A DNA stretch of 63,717 nucleotides, the filler included, from Globobulimina sp. (taxonomy: Eukaryota): NCBI GenBank assembly GCA_003354225.1. It is 15 parts of 15 records of this genome, joined end to end, with 100 filler letters (N's around TTAATTAATTAA, not from the genome) between each part and the next. Parts side by side here need not be neighbours in the genome. Positions count along the whole stretch, not along the records: positions 21,290 to 25,445 come from PIVH01001546.1; positions 25,546 to 29,700 come from PIVH01001547.1; positions 29,801 to 33,955 come from PIVH01001548.1; positions 34,056 to 38,210 come from PIVH01001549.1; 11 more parts are not named here. One strand, 5' to 3'. Position 1 is the stretch's first letter, and each line of letters opens with the position of its first letter. Made by a program: the position numbers and the translations under genes. Below the pieces are notes generated by a model that saw only the letters and a list, made by a program, of their open reading frames with translations, was not told where the DNA came from and made no database searches. Shown one piece after another: positions 24,075 to 35,432 of the stretch.

Positions 24075-24863
24075 CTATGCGATTAAGGATTCAGGTCTTC
24101 TGACGATAAATGGCGCACAAAATAATCTCGCCGCTGGAGATGGACCATCAACACAATGAAAGATCACACTTTTACCAGCGACACTTTCCGGATTCAATCT
24201 GGCTCCACAATTATTGCACGGAGCCGCTACAACGCCTTGCGTAAAAACCATATCATCCTCCATTGGTACTAAATGTCCCAATCGTCCCGATAAATCACCC
24301 ACTTCACAGCTCCAATAATTAACATCATTTACATCATCACAAAGCGGTTTTTGGTACGGATCTATGTAAAAAAAATAATTATATATGCATTTATGTTACA
24401 AAAATAAATATAACCAAACTATAATGACCACCAGTAAATTCTTCACCGCATTGTTCATCTCCATATTTATTATCGGAATCAGAATGTGTCCATTTGTCAT
24501 GAACATAATATTTAAACTCTCCGCCGCCATCACCGCAAATTGATGCATCTAATCGGAATTATATGAAACAAATGATGCATATAAATATATTTCAATATAA
24601 ACAATATGACATACCAACGCCAGATGTATCTAAAGCCACTGAAACCTCGCCAGTCTGGTCCACTGTCACTGATCCTGTATTGGTATTTGGTATTTAGTAT
24701 AGTGTTTGTTGCAACACATTGTATGACATTGCAAATTAATAATACCTGTTACACCGAATGATCCGTCAAATGTTGCGATTGCTGTACATGAACAATCTTC
24801 ATAATTAACACGACGTGCACTGGTTAATGCAATTGATGCTACTGCAAATAAAGCTGTTAACAT
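24075..24863 (-). CDS. Cu-only SOD-like paralogue, copy B, one Cu ligand lost
   Basis: Introns 24675-24745, 24549-24614 and 24362-24419; YYVH, TGGHYNPY, CEVGDLSG, GKSVIFH, RLFCA. Confidence 0.85.
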
Positions 24864-25575
24864 AGTTGTGTTGAACGGTTCTGGGATGGTGGTAAGGAAG
24901 ATGTTTTTTAGGAGAAAAGGATTAGTAGTAAATGTACTGAAAAAAAAACAATTCCACAAGCAAGAAAAGTTAGCAGTTTAATTTAGTTAAAATGAGATAA
25001 AATCACAGTGAAAATCACTAACAAATAAAACTGATGTTCTTTGACAATAACTTGCTCCCATGATGTTGCTTTAATTAATGATAATAATAGATTTCTGAAT
25101 AATAGATATAACGAGACGTCGACAGCGAATATGTTTAAAACGATTAAATAAATTATCTTTTATATATTAGATATATAAAAGATAATTAAATATCTTTTAT
25201 TATATCTAATAAAAGATCTCAATCAGCTGCGAGTTCAAGGTTTTGTGAATGTTTCGTGAAACGAGTTTGATGGCACTTCAAGCAAAAATTGAATAAATGA
25301 ACTCTTAATAATTGTAATTCATTGAAAATAGTATAGATTTTCTATTTCAATTTTTGAAACCGTTATTTAACCTAAAAACGTATTGCAATGATAATCAAAT
25401 ACATTGCAAAAATTGTTGATTATTATGTTAAAGATATCGAGCATTNNNNNNNNNNNNNNNNNNNNNNNNNNNNNNNNNNNNNNNNNNNNTTAATTAATTA
25501 ANNNNNNNNNNNNNNNNNNNNNNNNNNNNNNNNNNNNNNNNNNNNCATTTCAATATAATTCATTCTGTTTTTGAT

Positions 25576-26712
25576 TTGATATTATTATTTAAATTTACAT
25601 GGGCAATCTCTACCTATCCAATTAATTTATATCTAAAGCATCAAAGGCAATTATTATCCATGCAACAGCCCCATACATGGCAAGAATTTCTATGCACAGA
25701 TAATGATATGGCACAAGCAGATATTGACCTATTTAAAATACCAATCGATGACGCAATCTCTTATATTGATAATAATATGTTTAATGAGGATAAGAATAAT
25801 CATATATCGCCGAGGAAATTAGAATTTTTTATGCGTGAATTTGGTGATCCAAATGAAGAGTACGCGTGCGTCATTGAGCTGTTATTTGTGACTGAAATAT
25901 CACAAATTAAATCACGTATTGTGACTATGATCGGTGATATATGTGCAAATAAATGCGGTTTGATCGTAGCAGTACCAAATGGTTTGCCACCATCTAACTT
26001 ATTAGTATCACATTTGAAGTATGTGAGTGATATCAATATTGATAATATATATGATATCTTAGCCAGGATCTATCTGAAATATATAAATTATGACACTGCC
26101 ACTGTGCCCATATACGATTTAATAATTATTCGTAAGTTGGACATTGTATACGATTTATTAACGGTTGAATTGCCACAAAATATGTGTTTAAAATATCCGA
26201 TGGTCAATCCGGACATCATAGAAAACGTAGGTAATAATAATAAGAAAGAAACATTGATGGAGTATACGGATAATGGTGACAATGATGACACTGTACATGT
26301 GGCACAATTGTTAACTGCGACAAATGACACACAGTTTGCGGATATTGTGAATAATTTTGATTTTAATACAGATAACCTGTTTGATATAAAAACAGATGCT
26401 ATACACAGTAATATCGGAGTTGTGGATGACAACCAAGAACAGGAAAAAGGAATGGATTTTTATTTGAATGTCCCAGCATTAAATATTGATGCATTTGTAA
26501 ATAATTTACTGGGAAATGACAATGAATCAAATATAAATAATAATATTACGCAAAGAACAAGATGGGATAAACAAGAATTGGAAAATATATATAAATTACT
26601 AAAAACATATGATGATATTTTAGCTGATGCGGCCATAAAAATACAAAATTGTTATCAAGAATACAAGAAAGAAATCATTGGCAAATATAGCCGGTGTCAG
26701 TCAATAATCTGA
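25576..26712 (+). CDS. Hypothetical protein
   Basis: Long open frame (378 aa); no family recognised; start uncertain. Confidence 0.6.
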   Translation: MILLFKFTWAISTYPINLYLKHQRQLLSMQQPHTWQEFLCTDNDMAQADIDLFKIPIDDAISYIDNNMFNEDKNNHISPRKLEFFMREFGDPNEEYACVIELLFVTEISQIKSRIVTMIGDICANKCGLIVAVPNGLPPSNLLVSHLKYVSDINIDNIYDILARIYLKYINYDTATVPIYDLIIIRKLDIVYDLLTVELPQNMCLKYPMVNPDIIENVGNNNKKETLMEYTDNGDNDDTVHVAQLLTATNDTQFADIVNNFDFNTDNLFDIKTDAIHSNIGVVDDNQEQEKGMDFYLNVPALNIDAFVNNLLGNDNESNINNNITQRTRWDKQELENIYKLLKTYDDILADAAIKIQNCYQEYKKEIIGKYSRCQSII

Positions 26713-26867
26713 ATGCAATTTCAATGTGTTTGTCAGATGGTGCATGTCTCTGTACATTTAGTGTTTTCTTTTGTATTATTCATGTATTAATTTATAAACT
26801 CTTTTTAGTCTTTTTTCAGGTATAACTGAAAATAGTTTTTTATAATTACTTACAACAATTTCCAAGC

Positions 26868-29380
26868 ATGTCAGTTTGCGTCCATTTTATCACTTGTATA
26901 TATTCATTAACATGGGTAGGATTAATCGTATTCTTCATCATACCATTCGAGATCTACGTAACCATCAAATTCTACAAATATCGGTTTCATCCAGGAATTC
27001 AAACCCGTTATCCTATGGTCATCATCGCATCTGCAATATTTGCAATGCTGCACTCTTTGATTTGCGAATCATTTTATTATTTACAGAGTGGCGTCTCCTT
27101 GGATGTTCTCAATACATCGCCAGCCATATTTTCTTCACATATCATCTTCCCGCCATTCTTGTTGATGATGTTTATCATGGTTTCCTTCAGAGTCTATTTA
27201 ATTCATTACAACACAAAGTATGCAATATCTCAGTCCACGCTTGATTGGCAATTACTGCTCAGCGATTCAGGTAACTTTCTATTGTTACTTTACACTCTGC
27301 TAATTTTCCACTGTATACATTAGTGCCGTCAGATGATTTTTATTCACGTAATAGAGCAACATATGGCAATTGGAGATATGTCATAAGATATTTTATTTTC
27401 TATTTTATCATTGCAAGTATCGTCGATATCACTGCCTCGACATTTGAACATCCAGAAATATTGAATATGTCACATGCTATTTCCAAATATATTTACGTTT
27501 TCTGTCTATTCCTTGTTATAATATTTTCAGCATATTTATTTTTCAAAACACCCAAATTCGAGGATATATATTTTGTGAGGAAAGAATTAAAATATTTGAT
27601 ATTTTTATTGTCATTTTGCGTCATGTTATACACCTTAGCTTCGGTATTCGCCTCTGATGAATTTCCAATATTTGAAGAGATTTCAACAACAGCAATAACA
27701 CTCGCTACTTTCGGTATATTTACTTTGTTTTCATACATTCAAAATTAAAAAATGCGAAAAAAGTTCTGACGCTGAAAATTAATTAAAAACATATACAAAA
27801 ACAAATTAAATGCGTATTTAGGACAAGTGGTGATCTCCGAATATATCATATTGAATAAGATGATGAAGCATGACGACAGTGGCTACGATTACGGCCGTTC
27901 TACCTTTATGCTCCCTGGTCTTCCACAGAAACATTCTTCGCAAAAAAAGGCGAAATTTATAGCTCCAAGCATTTTATTTAATGTTTTGTTGGCGACACCG
28001 GTTGGAATTGACCTTTTTGTCAAGCATCTTCGCTCTGAATTTTGTGTCGAAAATCTATTGAGTTTAATAGAGTTAGTCCAATGGATATATTTTGCCACAA
28101 ATAAAGAATTGGACAGTTTCAACATCGCTCCTTTGGAGAAAATTGAATTTGATTTGTGTTCCATAATTCCAATATCTTCAGCCAATCAGCACTATGATAA
28201 CGACACAAATGATTGCCAATTTAAATGGGAGCAACCACTCACTATAATATATCAAAAATACATACATTACTCAGCGGAATTACAAGTAAATTTGCCTTAT
28301 GAAATAATGACGGCATGGTCCAGTTTGATGTATTTATTAAAAATGAAGCAAGAGCTAAGGAATAAAACATATATTTTTAAACATCAACCAATGCCAATCA
28401 AACCTGTTACGTTAATAAATAAATTATCGTTTTCATTTTGGGGCAAAAGCAGCAACAAATCGAGCAAACGTACTGTTGCTGTCAACATGCATACAATTCA
28501 TGAAAGCAAAAATGTGGAAGTGGACGAACCGAATATTAATCCGCTTATAGATAATATTAATTGGTTCCTAGAAAAAAAATCTAGCACCAAAACTAAATCA
28601 AAGCAAAACATTGACAGCAAACACATGTACAATAATAACAGACTCACTGTCGACGCATCAGACGGTTCCGTGGCATTGGAAACTGCTCATTTAACAGTGA
28701 GTGATGGCTCGGCGCCCCCTCAACTCAGACAAATGCAGCCCGGCGAAAGTACAGAATTCGATTCTATTGATGATGTGGACCAACTGGTCATAGTGGATGA
28801 TGATTACAGGTTATATGATTCGACTCGCACTGCTACTTTGAGCAAAACTAAAGTCTGTAAAGATCCAGAAATCAGCAATTGCAGCACTTTGCGAACTAAC
28901 ACAAATCGAACTAACTCATCCAGGACGGATACGAATAGAACAGCATCGAAGAGAGCAGTTTCATTTAGATTTGATACGAATGATAGAACAACAGGAAGAA
29001 ATACGGACAGTTTAAAACTTCCGCCACTTAAATTGAAGAATGATAAAAGTGTCATCAATTCCGTTAAGACATCATTTCACAAATTAAGTAAATTAATGAG
29101 AAAAACATCTGGAAAATCAAATAGTTTGAGGAAAAATAAGGTGGATGAGGTCGAAAAAATAAATAATTTATATATTAAGGAATGGGAAGAGGTGGAGCGC
29201 GCAAAAAGTTTGAAATTGAATGAATTTGTGTCGCTTACATGCAGGAGTATACATATAATACTTTTATTAAATTATCAGTCAGTCTCTAGATTTAAGAGAA
29301 GTAAGAGTTATGCAGAATTTGTACACAGTGTAAATTTGCAAAGTTTGATTGAAAAATATGGAAAAAAGGGAGTGTTTTAA
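26868..29380 (+). CDS. 7TM-RGS protein (membrane-anchored regulator of G-protein signalling)
   Basis: TM exons are joined by introns at 27271 to about 27323/27332 and 27714-27821 to RGS motifs LFVKHLRSEFCVENLL, IYQKYI...ELQVNL and a distal LL..QSVSRFKRS. Confidence 0.85.
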
Positions 29381-29802
29381 ATCATTAATTAATTTGTATA
29401 CCAAAGCCTTATATTGTTTTTGTTGATATTGTTTTTGTTGCCTTATATAATATTACCATATGACATAAAATTTCGGAGTCATCGCGCAAAGCTTAAATTG
29501 GGAACTCTGGTTTTGTATCACGAAAAACGAAATTGTACATAGAATAATACATGCGTGCTGCAAATACCATTAATTTGCAAATATAACTAGTATGGACAAA
29601 TAGAAACAATACACCGTCGTATGACAACGATATACTGTCAGATAGAAACAATAATAAGATATTTGCTGGGCATTTGTGACAAGTTTATAGCAACTTTGCA
29701 NNNNNNNNNNNNNNNNNNNNNNNNNNNNNNNNNNNNNNNNNNNNTTAATTAATTAANNNNNNNNNNNNNNNNNNNNNNNNNNNNNNNNNNNNNNNNNNNN
29801 AA

Positions 29803-30307
29803 TCAATAACATTAATTAATAAAAACAAATCGAATAATGACAAACTTTCTAATATATCCGATGAAGATAAGATAGAAGCGTTAAAAGGGATATTTATACG
29901 TAAAAATTATCAAACAAAATATAAAAATAAAGGAATAATAAATAAATTAACCGATAACATTTAATGACTGGATACAAGTAATGAACACAATAAAAAAAGA
30001 ATTAATATCCTCATTATATGATGGTATGGCTGAATATGAATTCATTCCATACAAAGCTACAGCAGCTGATTTTCAAATATATAAAGACGCGCCATTTAAT
30101 TCACCTAATTCGAACTCCAAATCTAAATCGGCTCCAACAAATCGAAAACGGAATCTAAATAACGCTAATAACATTAATAACGTTTCTGCACCTCTTAAAC
30201 GCCGAAAATTAAATAAAAATAATGCAATAAATATTTGTAATCGTTGTGGTAAATTCAATCATCTTACACGAGATTGTTATGCAACATCACTTCCTCTTCC
30301 TAACTAA
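29803..30307 (+). pseudogene. Gag-like fragment ending in a CCHC zinc knuckle, frameshifted near 29960
   Basis: CNRCGKFNHLTRDC after a basic linker; an upstream open frame at 29803-29964 is in a different phase. Confidence 0.45.
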
Positions 30308-30469
30308 CTAGAAAATCACAGAGAACATTACATATTTAAAAAAAAGAGCCATGAACAAAAAGTGAAATTAATTAGTCATAAAAAGAAGATAATAATAAAA
30401 CAAATTTGCCATCATAATTACATTAATAATTAATAATAGTATACATAATACATTTTTTAATAACACTGA

Positions 30470-32365
30470 TCAATATAAATCTGGAGCAGTTTGTATTTCC
30501 CGTGTTGTTGTTTGTGGGTAATTTGCAATATCAATTCCAGAGACAGTTAAACATTGAATAATTATATAGAAAAAGGAAAAAATAGCGATAACGTAAAATG
30601 TTAATCTGAGATGATACATCATTGCATACAAACCAATAATACACAACACTAACTTTCCAAACGATGTCCAATTAATAATATGCTTCAATTGTGGGGAGGT
30701 TGAAGCCCATTGGATTACAAATCCAATAAACACTGCGACACAAACAAACGGAAACAAAACAGCACAAATAAACGACCATAATGTTTCCAATCTTTGTTCA
30801 TTTGACAATGGTGCATTGATACCATGGCCATAGAATACAGACACAATAATCTCCGATGCTATAAAATACATAAACGGTCCACCAACTAACATTGCTATAA
30901 AATATGCATAACCTGCAAACTTTATTGACATTATTCGTGATAATATAGCAACAACAAAACACCATAATATTATACCATACAAATACAATACAAAAGTATT
31001 ATTTACATAATATGCATCATCATCGATATCAGTACTAATGATATGAGAAACAGATGTTGCCAATGCAGGAAATAAAATCCATCCAAAAAATAAAATCAAT
31101 CCAAAAAGAAATATATATAATAAAGATAATGTATCCATTTTAAATCGCAAACATAATGTTACACAAATAATAGCAACACAGAAATATGCGATAGCATAAT
31201 TATTGGCAACAAAACTCAAAAAAACAGCAATTAAGCCCAAAAAAAGTATGATCCATTTATTATTATTATTATTTATTTTATATCCACGTCTTTGATATGC
31301 AAAATCTAATTCAATTCGCTGGTCATTAATAATAATTTGTTGTTCTCTTACACGTTCCATTAATATTCGAGACGAAATAGGTTGACAATTATCACTGTCA
31401 TTGCTATCAAAACTTTGCGTTGAGGATGTTACTGTTGTTCCTATTTCTGGTCTCAATGAAGGGATAATTCTCTCCTCTTCGTGGTAATGATCATTTGTAT
31501 TAAAATTATTTTCCAGTGGTAAATCAGGTAATTTTTCATCCATTTCATCATGTTGATGCGAATCATTTTTTATCTCGGCATGCGAAACTGTACATGTTTC
31601 TGGATAAATGTGGTGTTTCTGTAAATTCTGTTGATTTTCTGTGTACAGTAAAAAGTTACAACCATCACCATATAACACAGGATAATCAGTGTTAATATAT
31701 TCTTTAACAAGTTGATCAATTTTAGATTGTATATATCTTAAATGCTTGATTTTTAATCCAGGCCCATTGAATTTGTGTGATATTATGCCGACAGCTGGTT
31801 TTTTAGTGTATGGATACTTGGATGGAATGACAATTTCTTTTATATTATTTTTTTTGATTAAATTTTTTAAGGGGAGAAAATTTGCATTAACATTAGTTTT
31901 AAAATTTTTCCAATTTTTCAAACTTGATTGATTTTGATAATATGTAACAATACCAAATGATAAAAAATTATCACTCTCTAAATCATCATATTTTGATAAT
32001 AATTTTGAATTAATATCAATATCTAATTCATCATCCAATTGCCGTTTATGTCTATATCCAGTTTTTGTATTATTTTCTTGAATGTATCGTGCCCTTTGAA
32101 GCCAATAATTATCCCAATTATTATCAGCAAATAAAATTAATGGTCTGTTAATATTTTTTTTTGTATTTTGTAATATATTTTTGATTTGTTTCTCTGTAAA
32201 ATCTGATAATTGGAAAAACGTTCGAAAATTTCCTTTTTTATTATATTTACAATTTTTTGGTGGTTTAGGATTCTCTTTTCGTTGTTTTTTTGGTGGTGGA
32301 GCACAGTCAGAATTTTCATTGTTTCCTCCGTCCATTTGATTACGATCTCTTTTTTGAGCGCCCAT
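30470..32365 (-). CDS. Multi-pass membrane protein with soluble N-terminal domain and NLS-like motif
   Basis: 631-aa intronless ORF; PPPKKQRK; about 8 hydrophobic segments in the C-terminal part. Confidence 0.7.
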   Translation of the reverse strand: MGAQKRDRNQMDGGNNENSDCAPPPKKQRKENPKPPKNCKYNKKGNFRTFFQLSDFTEKQIKNILQNTKKNINRPLILFADNNWDNYWLQRARYIQENNTKTGYRHKRQLDDELDIDINSKLLSKYDDLESDNFLSFGIVTYYQNQSSLKNWKNFKTNVNANFLPLKNLIKKNNIKEIVIPSKYPYTKKPAVGIISHKFNGPGLKIKHLRYIQSKIDQLVKEYINTDYPVLYGDGCNFLLYTENQQNLQKHHIYPETCTVSHAEIKNDSHQHDEMDEKLPDLPLENNFNTNDHYHEEERIIPSLRPEIGTTVTSSTQSFDSNDSDNCQPISSRILMERVREQQIIINDQRIELDFAYQRRGYKINNNNNKWIILFLGLIAVFLSFVANNYAIAYFCVAIICVTLCLRFKMDTLSLLYIFLFGLILFFGWILFPALATSVSHIISTDIDDDAYYVNNTFVLYLYGIILWCFVVAILSRIMSIKFAGYAYFIAMLVGGPFMYFIASEIIVSVFYGHGINAPLSNEQRLETLWSFICAVLFPFVCVAVFIGFVIQWASTSPQLKHIINWTSFGKLVLCIIGLYAMMYHLRLTFYVIAIFSFFYIIIQCLTVSGIDIANYPQTTTREIQTAPDLY

Positions 32366-32512
32366 GTTGTGAAAATATTAGAGTCTCCTTATGTTCAGTA
32401 AACCAAGTACAGTAACATGATCCAGTTTCGTATCATCGACTGATCCTATTAAGTATCAAAACAGTGTCTTTCATCAACAAAACATATATATACAAAACAC
32501 AAAAGATTCAGC

Positions 32513-33853
32513 GATAGTGACATTGATGAATGTGATGACAGTTATTTAGATGACAACTATTGGATTCTACATGCAGCTGCAGATGATGACAAACCACAAA
32601 TTAAAAAGAAAAAAGCAATACATCGACCCAGTAAACAACTTGAACCTTTGGATTCTTATCAATTACCAGAGCCTCCAGAGCGATTGACAAATTTTCCAGT
32701 GTCAAGGTATCTATTTACCTTTCCAACTGTTACTAAGTTGCAACAATTAAGTAATTATAATAATTAAATTATATTAAAGACCCATATATTACACATTGAA
32801 TGATGCAGAATATATTTTAACATTTTATCACGAGCCTCGATCTATACACATTGCGCAGTATTCAATGTGTAACAAAGAATGGAAACACTATACACAATTA
32901 ATTATGCCCTCAATTTCAACATGTCCTAACTTTGTAGAACCGGCATACAATGATAAAAAGAAAGAAATATATTTCCTTTACATTGATGAGAATAAAGAGA
33001 AAATTTGCGCTGTATTAAACTTAAAAAGCAGTCAATGGAAATTAATACAAAAAGTGTATAAAGTAATTGGTAAAAATTGTTCCGACGTATTGTATAAAAC
33101 ACGTAGCATGGTTCGGTCCTATTTCATACCATATCCCGTCGGAAAAGAAGAAATAAGAACAATTTGTCATGATATTTACTGCAAATATAATGTTTATGAC
33201 AACAAGTTATGTTGGAAGCAGATAGCTATACATGATGATGAAAGTATATACAATGCAAATATTTGTACTACATTGATGTGGCTTGAATGGAGAAAAACTA
33301 TGTTGTCATTTTTTGGCAAACATATATTTTCTTGCGACGTCGACTTGGATGATAATCAAATAAATGAATGGAACATGTGTCCGGTTGCTTTGCCATCGAC
33401 AAATGATATGATTATTGTATTGGGCTTTGAGTATATTTTATTTATATTTATTCCTGAATTCCAAGGTATGTAATTTAATATTATATGTATATTAATATAT
33501 TAATACATGATAATTGCTACAATTAAACAGAAATTTATTTATATGATACGTTGTTTGGTGGAGAGTTGTATGAGAGCCATCAATTGATACCAGAGGAGAT
33601 TGCAAATAATATGACAAATGAATGTGTTGTTACAAAAGATAATGAATTACATTGCATTAATTGTAATGCAAAGAAACATTATAAATTATCATTGGTCGAT
33701 TTGATACCAAATGATTTATATAAATTGTATGTTGAAAGTTTATATCATTCATTGCTGTGTGCATATATTGCTCGTGTTTATGGAAAGTATAAAATTTGTA
33801 TTCCAAATGACATTTCCGAATTAATTTTAATTTTTATTCCACCGTTTTTATGA
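32513..33853 (+). CDS. Kelch/beta-propeller-like protein with C-terminal helical motif, multi-exon, start uncertain
   Basis: Blade-like repeats ending in W; introns at about 32707-32779 and 33466-33530; terminal LLCAYIAR...IPNDISELILIF. Confidence 0.6.
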
Positions 33854-34199
33854 GTAGGACAAACTAAATATACTCGTTTTTACTTTTAATTTACATAAGA
33901 TAAGATTCGCAAACACTGAAACACAATGACAATAGCTTGTTGTTATTCAACTCAANNNNNNNNNNNNNNNNNNNNNNNNNNNNNNNNNNNNNNNNNNNNT
34001 TAATTAATTAANNNNNNNNNNNNNNNNNNNNNNNNNNNNNNNNNNNNNNNNNNNNTTATATATGTGTGTGTTTTTTTGTGCATGTTATATTATTTGTTGT
34101 GTTATATAATATTATTTTGGAATTTTTATATTATTGTTTTCCTAAATATCTACCCAAAAAAACTCTCACTAAAACAAAAGTAAATTAGCAAAATGAAAC

Positions 34200-35130
34200 T
34201 TGCCTTATTATCCTTATGAAGGTGCGAACATGAAGGTGGTCTCTGGCCATCATTTGGAATATGTTCAAGACACAGCTCATCGATATTATTATACACCATG
34301 TCGTAATGACGAACCCTGTCATCAGGACAACGCTGATTTTATTGCCAACGCAGTTCAGTATGGTGAGGAAAATCAGTGTCATCATTATTTATCTGTTGAT
34401 CATCATGATCGACCCTCTTACTTTTTTGGTGGAGCCAGCTGGGAATTTGAATATCGTGACGGCGAAATATGTGATCTTACGCAACAACCACGATCTGTAA
34501 ATATCTGGTATCAATGCGATGAATTAATGCCAAGCGGTGCTTATTTACCCATATTACGATGTGGATGAACCACATATCTGTCGATATAATACGTAAACAT
34601 ATAAAAAATTGTATACACATTCCTCGCACTTTACATATTTGTACATATACACAGTGGTTCGTAGTCCGTTAGCTTGCGTCCCGAAGATAGACATTGGCGA
34701 TATCAAAATTATTACTTAGATTTATCCTCACAAAGAGGCTCAGTGATTTATGATCGGGAGTCACAAACTGGGCAAGAAATCCGTGTCATGTCCTTGATAG
34801 AGAATGATGTGACGCATACTTGTGAGCATTATTTAGCGGTATGGCAGGAAGGCAGAGTGTATATATCCTGAATTTCATTTACATGAAAGCGATCCTACTC
34901 AAACGCATTGGGCGTTCCATTTGGTTATCTGGGCGGTGTAATAATGGGCTGCAAGACGAGGAAACCATTCGTGGTGAATAGTATTGTGATCCTTCGGTGG
35001 TGAATAGTACGCTGCTGAATGTTAGTTATGATGGTGACTGCCGATGGGAGATGGATGTTGCTTCGTCGTTGGCATGTCCGAGCAATGATATTTATCATAT
35101 TCATAATGGCTTTGAAAAAGAGAAATTTTT
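34200..35130 (+). pseudogene. Mannose-6-phosphate-receptor-homology (MRH) tandem-domain gene with several frameshifts
   Basis: YYYTPC..., FEYRDGEIC...R.VNI.YQC, EPHICRY, SPLAC, then a second domain ending CRWEMDVASSLAC; the pieces lie in shifting frames. Confidence 0.6.
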
Positions 35131-35432
35131 ACATTGAAATAACTCACTTTGTTTTTGTAATTGATACCCGTATCGTATACATAGTTCTTTTTAAATTGCA
35201 ATTTTACAGCGGATTTTGTAGGGAAAACGCAACTTTTTTTTGGCTAAAAACGCAACTTTATCAATTTCGACGCAGTGTCAAACATAAAAAACAAAAAGTG
35301 CGTATGCATATGATTAACAATGGTGTTTTGTTTAAGATGTAGATATCTCCCATGTCATAACATAGCATTGAATCGATATATTTACAGTACATTGCATTGT
35401 CAAACAAAAGCAGCGTATTTTTTAAATATATA

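Noticed and set aside
25150-25218. Two AT-rich hairpins
   Set aside because: Low-complexity A/T sequence where such palindromes arise easily.
151-29380. Apparent G-protein signalling cluster (G-beta, 7TMs, 7TM-kinase, 7TM-RGS)
   Set aside because: The genes lie on different contigs; their adjacency is an artefact of concatenation.
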